Assembly: GCA_963665845.2 (NCBI GenBank)
Contig: OY762492.1
Location: 736,001 to 800,000, forward strand
Direction of reading: 5' to 3'
DNA from: Candidatus Poribacteria bacterium
Lineage (GTDB): Bacteria; Poribacteria; WGA-4E; GCA-2687025
DNA: 64,000 nt
Below the pieces are notes generated by a model. The model was not told the DNA's origin, made no database searches, and worked only from the letters and a program-made list of their open reading frames with translations. Below are positions 10,752 to 21,331 of this stretch, piece by piece (positions within the stretch are counted from its first letter, which is position 1; the number at the start of each line of letters is the position of its first letter). The position numbers were made by a program, and so were the translations under genes.

Positions 10752-11747
10752 TCAGCGGGGAGAGGCATTTTTGATGTCCCAAATCAAAATGCCGTTGTCG
10801 ACGTCTGCGGCGGCGAGCGCCTTGCCGTCCGGCGAGTAGGCGAGCGCTCCCAATCCTCCATACTCCCCTGACAAGCCGAGGAGCTTTTGGAGAAGCGCGC
10901 CCGTTTTCACATCCCGTATATGAACAGCTTTTCTGCTGAGGATGGCGATCGTCTTGCCGTCCGGCGAATACGCAAGCGCGTCAACAGATTTGTGGTCAAT
11001 TATAAGGAGCGGCTTGCCTGTTTTCACATCCCATATCTTGATGATCTGGTTCTGGTCGACGCTGGCGATCGTCTTGCCGTCTGTCGAATAGGCGCAGCGT
11101 GTGGCAGAATAGACATGCCCATGGAACGTTTGGAGCGGCTTGCCTGTTTTCACATCCCATATCTTGACGGAATTGCCGGCGCCAGGGCCGACGACCCTCT
11201 TTCCGTCCGGCGAAAAGGCGACCGAATTAAATTTCCAAACCCCCTCTATCGTTTGAAGAAGCGCGCCCGATTTCACATCCCATATTCGGATCGAAGAGCG
11301 CGGTCTACCGATGATCGCCGCGGCCGCCCTCTTGCCGTCAGGAGAAAACAGGACGGTACGGAAGTAAATGTCGCTCTCCATAAGAGTTCGCTGCTCCCCT
11401 GTCGAAACATCCCACAGCTTTAGATCTCTGTTGCCATCAAGGAAGACAACGGTTTTGCCGTCAGGAGAAAACGCTGTAGCGCCGATGTTGAAAAGACTCT
11501 CCGTATGGAGAAGCCGCCCAGAATCGGCGTCCCAGAAACGAAAGCCGTAGTCGGCTTCTGCGCTGAAGAGCGTCTTGTTGTCAGGAAAAAACGCGACCGA
11601 TTGGACAAGGCTTGTATGCCCTGGCAAGACCTGGCGCGGCTCAATCCTTTCCGCTTTATCGAGGCGGGGCTTCAACAACACCGCGGCGGCTAATGCAACC
11701 ATCGCAACCGCTGAACCCGCCAATATCGAGCGCTCAAACTTGTTCAT
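10752..11747 (-). CDS. Membrane-anchored/secreted WD40 repeat protein (about 7 blades)
   Basis: N-terminal hydrophobic segment; repeated (F/Y)SPDGK...IWDVKTG units. Confidence 0.9.
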   Translation of the reverse strand: MNKFERSILAGSAVAMVALAAAVLLKPRLDKAERIEPRQVLPGHTSLVQSVAFFPDNKTLFSAEADYGFRFWDADSGRLLHTESLFNIGATAFSPDGKTVVFLDGNRDLKLWDVSTGEQRTLMESDIYFRTVLFSPDGKRAAAAIIGRPRSSIRIWDVKSGALLQTIEGVWKFNSVAFSPDGKRVVGPGAGNSVKIWDVKTGKPLQTFHGHVYSATRCAYSTDGKTIASVDQNQIIKIWDVKTGKPLLIIDHKSVDALAYSPDGKTIAILSRKAVHIRDVKTGALLQKLLGLSGEYGGLGALAYSPDGKALAAADVDNGILIWDIKNASPR

Positions 11748-11896
11748 CGCCGCCTCCTGTCCCCCGACGCATGTTAACGCGCCGGGGGCGTCGGCGCAAG
11801 CCGTTGCGCCGCCCTGCGATTTTCCTTAACCCAGGCGGTCATTCCCGCGTAAGCGGGAATCTTAAAATGCGATTGCTTTCAGGCGCCGCATTTGGG

Positions 11897-12439
11897 GGCA
11901 GTACGCTCATACGATGATATTCATAAAAACCCTTTCATGACAGCGACGAGAGCAATCGAAGCCTCAAGCATCTAGAGGCTCCGCGTAAGGCCCTTGGCGC
12001 CCCGACGAAAGCGGTATAAGCTCTCGCGCAGGCGAGAATGAAACGACTCGTTGCGGTTCACTTTACCTCCCTTGCCGACGACACGATGACGACGCGAAAA
12101 CGCATCATACACACCATATCGATCCGTATGATACGTCTCCGCCACAGGCAGCCGAGCCATGAGCTTCTTAAAAGTCTCCGCCGTACGATCTCCAACGACA
12201 AAATCGAACGACAGAGACCCATCAAACCATTCAAAGAGAGCGGTCCAAATCCACACCTTCTTCTGACCAGGACCCTTTCGGGCGCGCTGATAAGTCACCA
12301 TCTCATCGATCGAGATCGCTTTGGCCATGCGCTTTTAGCGAATGTCATGACGATACGAGCGTGGGCGGGCCATTTGCGATGCTCCTGTTGAACCAATTTA
12401 AATCGGATTCTACCATAATCATCGTATGAGCGTACTGCC
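11897..12439 (-). mobile_element. Internally deleted IS1-family element with perfect 22-bp terminal inverted repeats
   Basis: GGCAGTACGCTCATACGATGAT at 11897-11918 and its reverse complement at 12418-12439; only an InsB-like segment remains. Confidence 0.9.
11972..12328 (-). pseudogene. IS1 InsB DDE transposase fragment
   Basis: ISIDEM, VWIWTA, VGDR, YHTD, NRNESFHSRLR; InsA part absent, C-terminus truncated. Confidence 0.85.
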
Positions 12440-12511
12440 TCAAAAGCGGGGGCGTTGCCCTGGGCCTTCAAAACCAGTATGCTGTTTGCGGTTGAAGGCG
12501 GGAGTCGTCCG

Positions 12512-13615
12512 ATGAAAACGCGCGCGGCGGTTGTGGAAGAGCGGAACGGTCCGATACTCGTTCAAGAGGTGGACCTTAGCCCGCCTGGGCCGGGGCAGGT
12601 TCTCATGAAAATCGGCGTCAGCGGCGTCTGCCACAGCGACCTGTCGGTCGTCACCGGCGCGATACAGCTCCCTCTCCCCGCCGCGCTCGGACACGAAGGC
12701 GCCGGCGTCGTCGAACAGGTGGGCGAGGGCGTCCGCTCCGTCCAGCCCGGCGACCGCGCGATGCTCGCCTTCGTCACGGCGTGCGGACGGTGTCGGTATT
12801 GCGTCATCGGAAAGCCGAACCTGTGCAGCGTTCACTGGCGCGCGAAACGCGGCTCCCTGTGCGACGGAACGAACCCGTTTCAACGCGGCGGCGAGACGGT
12901 CTATCAGATGTCCAGCCTCGGAACGATGGCGGAACGAACGGTGGTCATGGAAAACGCGGTCATCCCGATTCCGCCGGACGTCTCCTTTGAACGGGCGGCG
13001 CTGGTCGGCTGCGGCGTTATGACAGGCGTCGGCGCCGTTTTATTTACGGCGAAGGCGGAGCCGGGAAGCCGCGTCGCGGTCGTCGGGGCGGGCGGCGTCG
13101 GCGTTAATGTGATTCAAGGCGCCGTTCTCGCAGGCGCGGAGACGATCATCGCCGTTGACGTCTCCGATAAAAAGCTGGAAATGGCAAAGCCGTTCGGCGC
13201 GACGCATCTGGTGAACGCAGAGCGGGGCGATCCTGTCAAGGCGGTTCGCGAGCTGACCGGCGGCGAAGGGGTCGACTACGCCTTTGAGGCGATCGGAAAC
13301 CCGAAGACGATAGAGCAGGCGTTCTCAATGCTTCGTTTCGGCGGCGCCGCCGTTGTGATCGGAATCGCGGCGCAAGGGGCGAAGGTAAGCATACCCGCCG
13401 CATGGCTGCCTTACGGCGAACGGCGGCTCATCGGGTCAATGTACGGCTCGGCGCGCATGCGGGTCGACATGCCGCGCCTGCTGGATTTGTGCCGTGCGGG
13501 GCGGTTGAAGTTAGACGAACTCGTAACGAAAACCTACCCGTTGGACGAGGTTCAAACTGCGTTTGACGATCTGCGCGCGGGGGAGAACATCCGCGGCGTG
13601 TTGAAGATGGATTAA
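12512..13615 (+). CDS. Zn-dependent alcohol dehydrogenase (class III-like MDR)
   Basis: GVCHSD, GHEGAGVV, CGRCRYC..C, GCGVMTG, GAGGVG. Confidence 0.92.
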   Translation: MKTRAAVVEERNGPILVQEVDLSPPGPGQVLMKIGVSGVCHSDLSVVTGAIQLPLPAALGHEGAGVVEQVGEGVRSVQPGDRAMLAFVTACGRCRYCVIGKPNLCSVHWRAKRGSLCDGTNPFQRGGETVYQMSSLGTMAERTVVMENAVIPIPPDVSFERAALVGCGVMTGVGAVLFTAKAEPGSRVAVVGAGGVGVNVIQGAVLAGAETIIAVDVSDKKLEMAKPFGATHLVNAERGDPVKAVRELTGGEGVDYAFEAIGNPKTIEQAFSMLRFGGAAVVIGIAAQGAKVSIPAAWLPYGERRLIGSMYGSARMRVDMPRLLDLCRAGRLKLDELVTKTYPLDEVQTAFDDLRAGENIRGVLKMD

Positions 13616-13680
13616 CAGGGTAGTACGCTCAAACGGGGGTCTTGGCGCGCGATGGCGTTTGACCGGAAGATGTATCTTTT

Positions 13681-13797
13681 AAGATTCCCGCTTACGCGGG
13701 AATGACAGGTAAGATTCCCGCTTACGCGGGAATGACAGGTAAGATTCCCGCTTACGCGGGAATGACAGGTAAGATTTCCGCTTGCGCGGGAATGACA
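13681..13797. repeat. Four tandem 30-bp units AAGATTCCCGCTTACGCGGGAATGACAGGT
   Basis: Read directly; lies between convergent genes; fourth unit has 2 substitutions. Confidence 0.95.
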
Positions 13798-13811
13798 GCG
13801 CGCGGCGCTGA

Positions 13812-14246
13812 TTAACGAGTACGAGTTCGGCGGCTGGAAAGATGTTGTTTCACAATGCCGCTGGCGAGGCGGTCCGCTTCCTTGTTCGCTTCTCGCCTCA
13901 CATACGCGATTTTTGCGCTTTCAAATTTTTGGAACAGGCGCAGGACTTCGTCGCGCAGCTCTTTGAGAATGGCGTTGCGCGTCTGATAGCCGCCTGTGAC
14001 CTGCATCGCCATGAGTTGACTGTCTGTATAAACCATGACATTGCCGCAGCCCATTTCCGCCGCTTCATGAAGCGCGCCGATGAGCGCGCGGTATTCAGCG
14101 ATGTTGTTCGTCGCTTTGCCGATATACTCCGCCCGCCAGATCAGCGTCTCCCCTCGGTCGTCCTGGATCGTGTACGCGATGCCGGCGGGACCGGGGTTGC
14201 CTTTACAGGCACCGTCCGTGTATATCGTGTAGATGATCGGTTTCAA
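13812..14246 (-). CDS. rnhA: Ribonuclease HI family protein
   Basis: YTDGACKGNPGPAG, TNNIAEYRAL, DSQL, RREANKEADRLA; TTG start at 14246 after GAGGAG. Confidence 0.85.
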   Translation of the reverse strand: MKPIIYTIYTDGACKGNPGPAGIAYTIQDDRGETLIWRAEYIGKATNNIAEYRALIGALHEAAEMGCGNVMVYTDSQLMAMQVTGGYQTRNAILKELRDEVLRLFQKFESAKIAYVRREANKEADRLASGIVKQHLSSRRTRTR

Positions 14247-14275
14247 ACGGGACTCCTCTGTGTGAAAGCGGCGGC

Positions 14276-15619
14276 ATGACTCGTCAAGCGCTGACGACCG
14301 ATCTGTATCAGCTGTCGATGGCGGCGGCGTATGTCGCCGGGAACGTTCATCAGCGCGCCTCGTTTGAGCTGTTTGTTCGAAAGATGCCAAAGAACCGCGG
14401 CTATTTGATTGCCGCCGGTCTTGAGCAGGCGCTGGAGTATCTTTCCGCGCTTCGTTTTGACGCGGACGATCTCGATTTCCTGCGCAGCCTTTCGATGTTT
14501 CAGAACGCGCCCGCCGGTTTTTTTGAAACGCTGGCGCGCCTGCGCTTTACAGGTAACGTCAGCGCGCCGCCTGAAGGTACCGTCATTTTTGCAAATGAAC
14601 CGCTTTTGCGGGTGGAAGCCCCAATCATTGAGGCGCAGCTGGCGGAGACCTATCTTCTGTCGACCGTACTGTTTCAAACGATGATCGCCTCCAAAGCGGC
14701 GCGCGTCGTTGACGCCGCAAGCGGACGCCCCGTCGTCGACTTTGGAACGCGCCGCGCCCATGGACCTGAAGCGGGCGTTTTGGCGGCGAGGGCAGCGTAT
14801 CTCGGCGGATGCGCCGGAACCTCCAATGTGGAAGCGGGCAGGCGGTTCGGCATTCCTGTCTTCGGCACGATGGCGCACTCGTTTATCTTGGCAAGCCGCT
14901 CCGAAAAAGAGGCGTTTGAACGTTTCATGGACGCTTTCCCCGACAACGCCTCCCTGCTCGTCGACACCTACAACATACGCGAAGGCGTTGAAACGGCGCT
15001 TAAAATGGGCGATGGAGTGAAAAGCGTACGGATCGACAGCGGCAACCTTGAGCATGAAAGCCGAAGCGTCCGAAAGCAGCTGGACGACGCCGGGCGGGAC
15101 AATATTCAGATTATCGCCAGCGGCGATCTGAACGAATATCTAATTCAAACGCTGTTAAAAAAAGGAGCGCCCATCGACATCTTCGGCGTCGGAACGGAGA
15201 TGACAACCTCCCGCGACGAACCTTCCCTCAGCGGCGTCTATAAACTGACCAGTTATGAACGGGGCGGGAAAATCATCCCCGCCGCCAAAACAAGCGCCGG
15301 CAAACGCACCTACCCGTACCCGAAACAAGTTTTTCGCCAAAGCGGCTCGGACGGTCGGTTTATGAAAGACATCATCGCGCTGCATGATGAAACGCATGAA
15401 GGAGAGCCGCTGCTGGAGAAGGTCATGGAAAACGGCGAACGCATGCGCCCGCCCCCGACGATAGAGTCGGCGCGCAACAGGGCGGCGGAGCAGCTGGAAA
15501 GTCTGCCCCCTCGATACAAACGTCTGCAAAATGCGCCCGAATATCCCGCCCGTTTTTCCAAAGAGGCGGAAAAAGCGCGCATAAAAGCGGCGTCAGCCCG
15601 ACTTAACGGGTTCGATTAA
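14276..15619 (+). CDS. pncB: Nicotinate phosphoribosyltransferase
   Basis: TDLYQLSM, DFGTRRAH, GTMAHS, LVDTY, VRIDSG, SGDLNE, GVYKL. Confidence 0.95.
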   Translation: MTRQALTTDLYQLSMAAAYVAGNVHQRASFELFVRKMPKNRGYLIAAGLEQALEYLSALRFDADDLDFLRSLSMFQNAPAGFFETLARLRFTGNVSAPPEGTVIFANEPLLRVEAPIIEAQLAETYLLSTVLFQTMIASKAARVVDAASGRPVVDFGTRRAHGPEAGVLAARAAYLGGCAGTSNVEAGRRFGIPVFGTMAHSFILASRSEKEAFERFMDAFPDNASLLVDTYNIREGVETALKMGDGVKSVRIDSGNLEHESRSVRKQLDDAGRDNIQIIASGDLNEYLIQTLLKKGAPIDIFGVGTEMTTSRDEPSLSGVYKLTSYERGGKIIPAAKTSAGKRTYPYPKQVFRQSGSDGRFMKDIIALHDETHEGEPLLEKVMENGERMRPPPTIESARNRAAEQLESLPPRYKRLQNAPEYPARFSKEAEKARIKAASARLNGFD

Positions 15620-15667
15620 AGTATAATTCCAGCCGTCTTAGCAACACACACCATCAAAGGCGCGCAT

Positions 15668-16540
15668 ATGACTCAACTACAGATCGGCATTCCAAAAGGG
15701 AGCTTGCAAGAGCCGACCATACAGCTTTTTGCGAAGGCGGGGTACGACATCCATATTCCCGCCCGCTGCTACCATCTCTCCATCAACGATGAGGAGCTGG
15801 GCGGAATGCTGCTGCGTCCGCAGGAGATGGCGCTGTATGTGGAGCGCGGCGTTCTGGATGCAGGTTTTGCGGGCAAAGACTGGGTCATAGAGTGCGGCGC
15901 GGATGTTCACACGGCGGCGGAGCTGGAGTACAGCCGCTCATCGAATCGGCGCGCCCGATGGGTTCTCGCCGTTCCGCATGATTCGCCCATTCAGAAAGCG
16001 TCCGACCTGCAGGGCAAGACGATCTATACGGAGATGGTGCGTACCGTTCAAAAATGGCTGGGTGAGCGCGGCATTGAGGCGGATGTGCAGTTTTCGCACG
16101 GCGCGACGGAGGCGAAAGTTCCGCACCTCGGCGACGCTATCGTCGAGCTGACCGAAACCGGCAGCTCCATCCGCGCGAACAACCTGCGCATTGTGGATGA
16201 GCTGTTGACCAGCGCCGTCGTCTTTGTCGTCAACCGAGCCAGCTGGAAAAACGCATGGAAACGGGAGAAGATCGAAGATCTGCTGACGCTCCTGCAGGGA
16301 ACGCTGTCGGCGCAGGGGAAGGTGGGGCTAAAGCTGAACGTCCCAAGCGAACGGCTGGAGGCGGTTTTGAAGGCGCTGCCGGCAATGAAGGATCCGACCG
16401 TCTCCCCCTTGACCAATTCGGACTGGGTGGCGGTCGAAACGATTGTTGATCAGGCGGCGGCGCGGGAGCTGATACCGCTTTTGCGCCGGGCGGGCGCTCA
16501 AGATTTCATCGAGTATCCGCTCAATAAGGTGATCCCATGA
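15668..16540 (+). CDS. hisG: ATP phosphoribosyltransferase (long form)
   Basis: IGIPKGSL, RPQEM, GATEAK, ETGSSIRAN, C-terminal PTVSPL regulatory domain. Confidence 0.95.
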   Translation: MTQLQIGIPKGSLQEPTIQLFAKAGYDIHIPARCYHLSINDEELGGMLLRPQEMALYVERGVLDAGFAGKDWVIECGADVHTAAELEYSRSSNRRARWVLAVPHDSPIQKASDLQGKTIYTEMVRTVQKWLGERGIEADVQFSHGATEAKVPHLGDAIVELTETGSSIRANNLRIVDELLTSAVVFVVNRASWKNAWKREKIEDLLTLLQGTLSAQGKVGLKLNVPSERLEAVLKALPAMKDPTVSPLTNSDWVAVETIVDQAAARELIPLLRRAGAQDFIEYPLNKVIP

Positions 16541-17175
16541 AGCGCGGGTTGACCATCGGATTGACAGGCGGCATGGCATGCGGGAAGTCGACCGTCGCGG
16601 CTGTATGGAAGTCGCTGGGCGCGCATGTGATCGATTCGGACGCGACGGTGCATCGGCTCTTGGCGGAAGACGCCGAGATTCAGCAGGCGGTGGGCGAAGC
16701 GTTCGGCGCGGAAACGCGGCGCGAGGACGGAAAGATCGACAGGGCGGCGCTGGCGGCCATCGTTTTCAACGACGAGGCGGCGCTGCGCCGTTTGACCGAC
16801 ATCCTTCATCCGAAGACGCGGGCGTACCATGTGAACGAGGCGCGCCGCATCACGCATGGGAAGCCGGACTCGGCGGCGGTCATCGATTCGCCGCTGCTGT
16901 TCGAGTCCGGTTTGGACGCTCAAATGGATGTGACGGTCGTTGTCGGGTCCTCTTTGGAGCGTCAAGTGGAGCGCGCGTTGGCGCGGGCGTTGGCGCAAGG
17001 CACAACCTTAACGCGCGCCGACATCCAAAAACGGATCGCGCTTCAAATGCCGCTGGACGAGAAACGGCGGCGCGCCGACTGCGTCATCGAAAACGACGGA
17101 ACCATCGAGGCGCTGCGCGGGGCGGCTGTTCAGCTTTATCGCGCGTTGACCGCTAAATTCCAAGAAAGCGAATAG
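16537..17175 (+). CDS. coaE: Dephospho-CoA kinase
   Basis: IGLTGGMACGKST, IDRAALAAIVF, ILHP, PLLFE, RIALQMP. Confidence 0.95.
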   Translation: MKRGLTIGLTGGMACGKSTVAAVWKSLGAHVIDSDATVHRLLAEDAEIQQAVGEAFGAETRREDGKIDRAALAAIVFNDEAALRRLTDILHPKTRAYHVNEARRITHGKPDSAAVIDSPLLFESGLDAQMDVTVVVGSSLERQVERALARALAQGTTLTRADIQKRIALQMPLDEKRRRADCVIENDGTIEALRGAAVQLYRALTAKFQESE

Positions 17176-17821
17176 CCAGCCCGCTGAACGCAATAGCGAA
17201 GCCGGCGGCGCAATGGGCGAATCGTTCCGCCCAGTTTCCTTTCACAAAGGAGAGACCGCGCATGCCGAGGGCCACTGCGCCGAGCATGACAACCAGCGTC
17301 ACCGCGGCGAAAACAGCCGTGACGCCGACGACCCCCCAGACGCTGCTCTGCGAGGCGGGATACATCAGCAGCGGAATCAGCGGCTCGCACGGACCGAGTC
17401 CAAAGATGACAAACAGCGCCCAGGGCGTCATCTGCCGCTTGACCGCCTTTGGATCCGACGCATGCGAATGCTCATGCGATCCGTGGAAATGGGTATGCGT
17501 CTTATGCTTTAAGGCGCGCCGAAGCCCCCATGCACCGTAGAGAAAACCGAAGGCGATCAACGCCCATGCCGCCAGCTCGCCGCGCGTCGCCTCGATGCCT
17601 TCCAGCCGCGTCACGCCGACGCCTAAAAGGATGCCGACCGTCCCGATGGCGATGGAGCTGATCACATGCGCCGTCCCGCACAGCAGCGTTACAAGGTAGG
17701 TTTTAGAGCGGCTCCACTGACCCGCCCGCCCCATCATGACGAAGGGCAGGTAATGGTCGGGACCCATGAGCGTATGCGTCAAGGCGATGAAAGCGGCGGC
17801 AAGATAAAGGCTGGACGGCAA
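17153..17821 (-). CDS. Ni/Co transporter-like membrane protein (UreH/NicO-like)
   Basis: HTLMGPDH, GTAHV, His-rich loop HKTHTHFHGSHEHSH, GPCEP; about 6 TM segments. Confidence 0.75.
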   Translation of the reverse strand: MPSSLYLAAAFIALTHTLMGPDHYLPFVMMGRAGQWSRSKTYLVTLLCGTAHVISSIAIGTVGILLGVGVTRLEGIEATRGELAAWALIAFGFLYGAWGLRRALKHKTHTHFHGSHEHSHASDPKAVKRQMTPWALFVIFGLGPCEPLIPLLMYPASQSSVWGVVGVTAVFAAVTLVVMLGAVALGMRGLSFVKGNWAERFAHCAAGFAIAFSGLAIRFLGI

Positions 17822-18231
17822 GGCGAAGCTCCCTCAAAGAAACGCGAAGGCGGATTTTCATAGACGTGTTGCAAACGAAGAGCCGCCGCCGTTTGTTTCA
17901 TGAGGAGCGCGGTAAAACGCGCGGGCGTCTTAGCCGTTGTCTGAACTAGGATTTTCAGGATTGAAAAGATGGACAGGAGGTTTGCCGAATGCCGATACGC
18001 GCGCCCGACATGTCGCATCCCGCACAGCCGCTCCTGCGTCCTCATGCCGTCATTCCCGCCCTTGCGGTAAGACGCGCGGGAATCCAGAGGCGCCGCAAAT
18101 GCTGTCCGCGTCCGGCAATCCGTCATTCCCGCGCAAGCGGGAATCTTAAGGCATCCCAGCCGCCGCGCCCATCCTTTAAACCCCCCTGGTTCCCCCTTTT
18201 CAAGGGGGGAATCGGACGCCGCGCCGCCGAT

Positions 18232-19076
18232 CTACTCCCCTGAGATATGGACCGCGCTGTAAAGCTCCTCGCCTTTTTCGACGAGCTTCTCGCGGATTTC
18301 ATCCCAGTCTTCTCGATCGTTTATCCCCTTCTCAAGTACCGGGAATTTCGCTGTCACTATTTTTGCAGAGGGATGGCTCAATTCAAAGTTGTAATCTTGA
18401 CGAGAAAAAAACGCGAGGACTTCAGCTCTCTTCGTAATGTTTTCCTCCAAAGTCAAAATCCCGCTGAAATTCAGCAAAACGTAGCAGCGCTTGTCGGCGA
18501 CATGCAGATGTACGCCGATGCTGCGGAGCTGCGTCCCTATCCAACCTTCATGTTTGCCCGGGACAGGTTTGCCGGCAAAAGCTCGCCGTAGTCGCCTCGG
18601 CGTATCGGCGCCCAGAACTCGCTTTCTTCGCCGTCGGCCGTCTTTTCCGTTTGGACATCTTTAGACGGGCTGACCGCATGGTGAAACGACAACTCGCCAT
18701 GCGAATTCGCATGCGCCTCGATGAAATACCAGTTGATGGAGCTGTTGAAGTCGCCGCGCAGCCTGCATGCGTCGATCATCAGCGCCTCAAACTCTTCGGC
18801 GACGAGAACGGCAACATCCGCCTCTTTTAGTCGGGCGTACGCTTCCAGCCTTCCCCAGCGGTCCCAGTCCGCCTTTCCAAACTGGCACTCAACGACCAGC
18901 GTTCCGTCTTCGCCCGCCGCGACGATGTCCGCCTTCCGCGCGCCGACATCCGCTTCCGTTTCGGCGTCTTCAAATTGCCCGACCCTCAAGGCGTCTAGAT
19001 GCTCCGCTAAGTCGGCTGAAAATTCCTCTTCGCGGCTGTATAGTTCATTGAGCGGGATGCGTTCTTGCAGTTTCAT
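18232..19076 (-). pseudogene. PD-(D/E)xK (NucS-like) / DUF4268-like nuclease paralog with a 1-bp frameshift near 18578
   Basis: N-terminal part closely matches 19116-19961; adding one T in GAGCTTTTGCC joins ORFs 18537-19076 and 18232-18477 (GELFAGKPVP...EDWDEIREKLVEKGEELY). Confidence 0.8.
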
Positions 19077-19115
19077 TGCGGTCTATGCTCCATGCTGAAC
19101 GGACAGGGCGCCGAT

Positions 19116-19961
19116 CTACGCCTCCGAGTTTTCGATGATGTTGTAAAGTTCTTCGCCTTTTTGGACGAGCGCTGCGCGGATTTCGTCCCAGTCTTCTACG
19201 TCGTTTCGCCCTTTGTTAAGAACTGGGAGTTTCGCAGATACATATTTTGCGTTAGGCTCGCTCAACTCAAATTTGTACTCTTGATCAGAAAACAGCTCCA
19301 GAACTTTATCTCTCCGCGCGATTTTATCCTCATGAGAGTAATTTCCATGAAAACCCAGCAGGACGTAACAGCTGTTATTGGTGATATTCATATAAACGGC
19401 AATGCTGCGAGTCTGCTTCCCGGTGAAAGCGTCATGTTTACGAGGGACAGGTTTCCCGGCAAAGAGCGGACCGTATTCGCCTCGGCGTATCGGCGCCCAG
19501 AATTCGCTTTCTTCGCTGCCTGCCTTCTTTTCCGTTTTGATGTCCTTAGACGGACCGACCACATGGTGAAATGACAACTCGCCGTGCGAGTTCGCATGCG
19601 CCTCGATGAGGTACCAGTCGATGGAGCTGTCGACGTCGTCGCGCAGCCTGCATGTGTCAATCATCAGCTCCTCAAACTCTTCGGCGACGAGAACGGCGAC
19701 ATCCGCCTCCTTCAGCCGGGCGTACGCTTCCAGCCGACCCCAATGATCCCAGTTCGCCTTATCAAACTGGTTTTCAATGACCAGCGTTCCGTCTTCGCCT
19801 GTCGCGACGATGTCCGCCTTCCGCGCCCCGACATTCGCTTCCGTTTCGGCGTCTTCAAATTGCCCGACCCTCAAGGCGTCTAGATGCTCCGCCAGGTCGG
19901 CTGAAAATTCTTCTTCGCGGTTGTAAAGTTCCGACAGCTTCTTGCGCTGCTGCAGTTTCAT
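19116..19961 (-). CDS. PD-(D/E)xK (NucS-like) nuclease domain plus DUF4268-like C-terminal domain
   Basis: EEEFSADLAEH, EANVG..KADIVA, VIENQ, DHWG, EFW, EDWDEI pattern. Confidence 0.7.
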   Translation of the reverse strand: MKLQQRKKLSELYNREEEFSADLAEHLDALRVGQFEDAETEANVGARKADIVATGEDGTLVIENQFDKANWDHWGRLEAYARLKEADVAVLVAEEFEELMIDTCRLRDDVDSSIDWYLIEAHANSHGELSFHHVVGPSKDIKTEKKAGSEESEFWAPIRRGEYGPLFAGKPVPRKHDAFTGKQTRSIAVYMNITNNSCYVLLGFHGNYSHEDKIARRDKVLELFSDQEYKFELSEPNAKYVSAKLPVLNKGRNDVEDWDEIRAALVQKGEELYNIIENSEA

Positions 19962-20239
19962 TGCGGTCTATGCTCCATGTTGAACGGACAAGGCGCGGTT
20001 GATCTACGCCTCCGAGTTCCAATGTTATTATAGACCGCGTTTCCTTTTTTCCCAACTGACTCGCGGATTTTCGTCCCATCCGTCTCTGTCGACCCAGCCG
20101 ATGTCAATGCGTTATTCCTTTCCTGTCATTTGCGGCGCCTAAGATTCCCGCTTGCGCGGGAATGCATGTCCTCGCGGGCATGTCCCCGTGAAAACGGGGA
20201 AGCGGGGAACGATACGGTTGGCGAAGCCTTTTCTCAACA

Positions 20240-21331
20240 TCAGGCTGGAGGATCGCCAAAATCGGTTATCGGCAGCCGTTCTCCCTCCCGCAGCGCCGAC
20301 TCATGCGCGACCAGCCCCGGCGCCGCATAACGAACCGCCTCCCAGACGTTGATCCTCGGCAGCCGTTCGCGGTTTACCGAATCGACAAACTCATGGACGA
20401 GATACGCATGCGACCCGCCGTGTCCGCCGAGGTTTGCCGCCAGCGGTTCCGGCAGCGGCTCATGACGCTGCGGCGCATGGACAGGCTCCGTTCCATGCTT
20501 CGTCGCCCAGACGGCTCCCGCCGCGTTTTGTTCGTAGGAGCCTTCTGTGCCGTAGATGCCGCTTGCCCGTTCGCAGCCTGGGTATCCGATGCGGCGGTAT
20601 TCGCAGACGCGCGCGGAAGCGCCGTTGCTCATTTCAAATAGCGCCGTTTCGTTGGAAAACTCGTTTTCATAGATCGTGTCTTTGCGGTACCAGTCGTCGT
20701 TCGGATGGCGGTATCCAAGCGCAGAGACGCTGGTCATATGCGCGCTCATGACGGAGACGATGAAACAGGTTGAATGCGTCGGGTAGCTCATCGGAATGCC
20801 GCCCGTTTTGTCGGCGCCCCACTGCTCGCCCCATCGGTTCTGGTTGACGGCGCGCAGCCCATGGTCGATGTCGTGCATATACTCGGCTTCGGCGTGGACG
20901 AATCGCCCGAAGGCGCCTTCCGCCGCTTTTTGTCGGCAGTAGGCGGTTTCGGGGCGGAAGTAGCTTGTTTCGCCGTTCATGTAGACCATGCCTGTCTTGT
21001 CGACCGTCTCGACAAGCCGCCCGCATTCGTCTAAAGTTTGCGCGGCGGGGACGGCGGTATAGACATGTTTGCCGCTTTTCATGGCTTCGACAGCATGGTC
21101 GGCGTGGAGCCATGGCTGCGTCATAATAAAGAGCGCGTCCAGATCGGAGGCGCATGCTTCCGTCAGGCTAGAGTAGGTTTCAGCGATCTCAAACTGCCCC
21201 GCCCATCGTTTGAGCCGGTCGGCGCGCAGGTCGCACAACGCAAGCCGATCCACATCCGGATGATGTTTGAAGTTTTGAATAAAGCTGGGTCCGAATTGCC
21301 CCAGTCCCACGATGCCAACGCTAACGCTCAT
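20240..21331 (-). CDS. Gfo/Idh/MocA family oxidoreductase
   Basis: VGIVGLGQFG, HADHAVEAMKSGKHVY, YPTHS, GHGGSH. Confidence 0.9.
   Translation of the reverse strand: MSVSVGIVGLGQFGPSFIQNFKHHPDVDRLALCDLRADRLKRWAGQFEIAETYSSLTEACASDLDALFIMTQPWLHADHAVEAMKSGKHVYTAVPAAQTLDECGRLVETVDKTGMVYMNGETSYFRPETAYCRQKAAEGAFGRFVHAEAEYMHDIDHGLRAVNQNRWGEQWGADKTGGIPMSYPTHSTCFIVSVMSAHMTSVSALGYRHPNDDWYRKDTIYENEFSNETALFEMSNGASARVCEYRRIGYPGCERASGIYGTEGSYEQNAAGAVWATKHGTEPVHAPQRHEPLPEPLAANLGGHGGSHAYLVHEFVDSVNRERLPRINVWEAVRYAAPGLVAHESALREGERLPITDFGDPPA

Noticed and set aside
11897-13635. IS1 composite transposon carrying the alcohol dehydrogenase
   Set aside because: The IR-like sequence at 13619 points away from the gene (same orientation as the left IR) and no target duplication is seen.
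13681-13797. CRISPR array
   Set aside because: Units abut with identical 4-nt linkers; no unique spacers and no cas genes.
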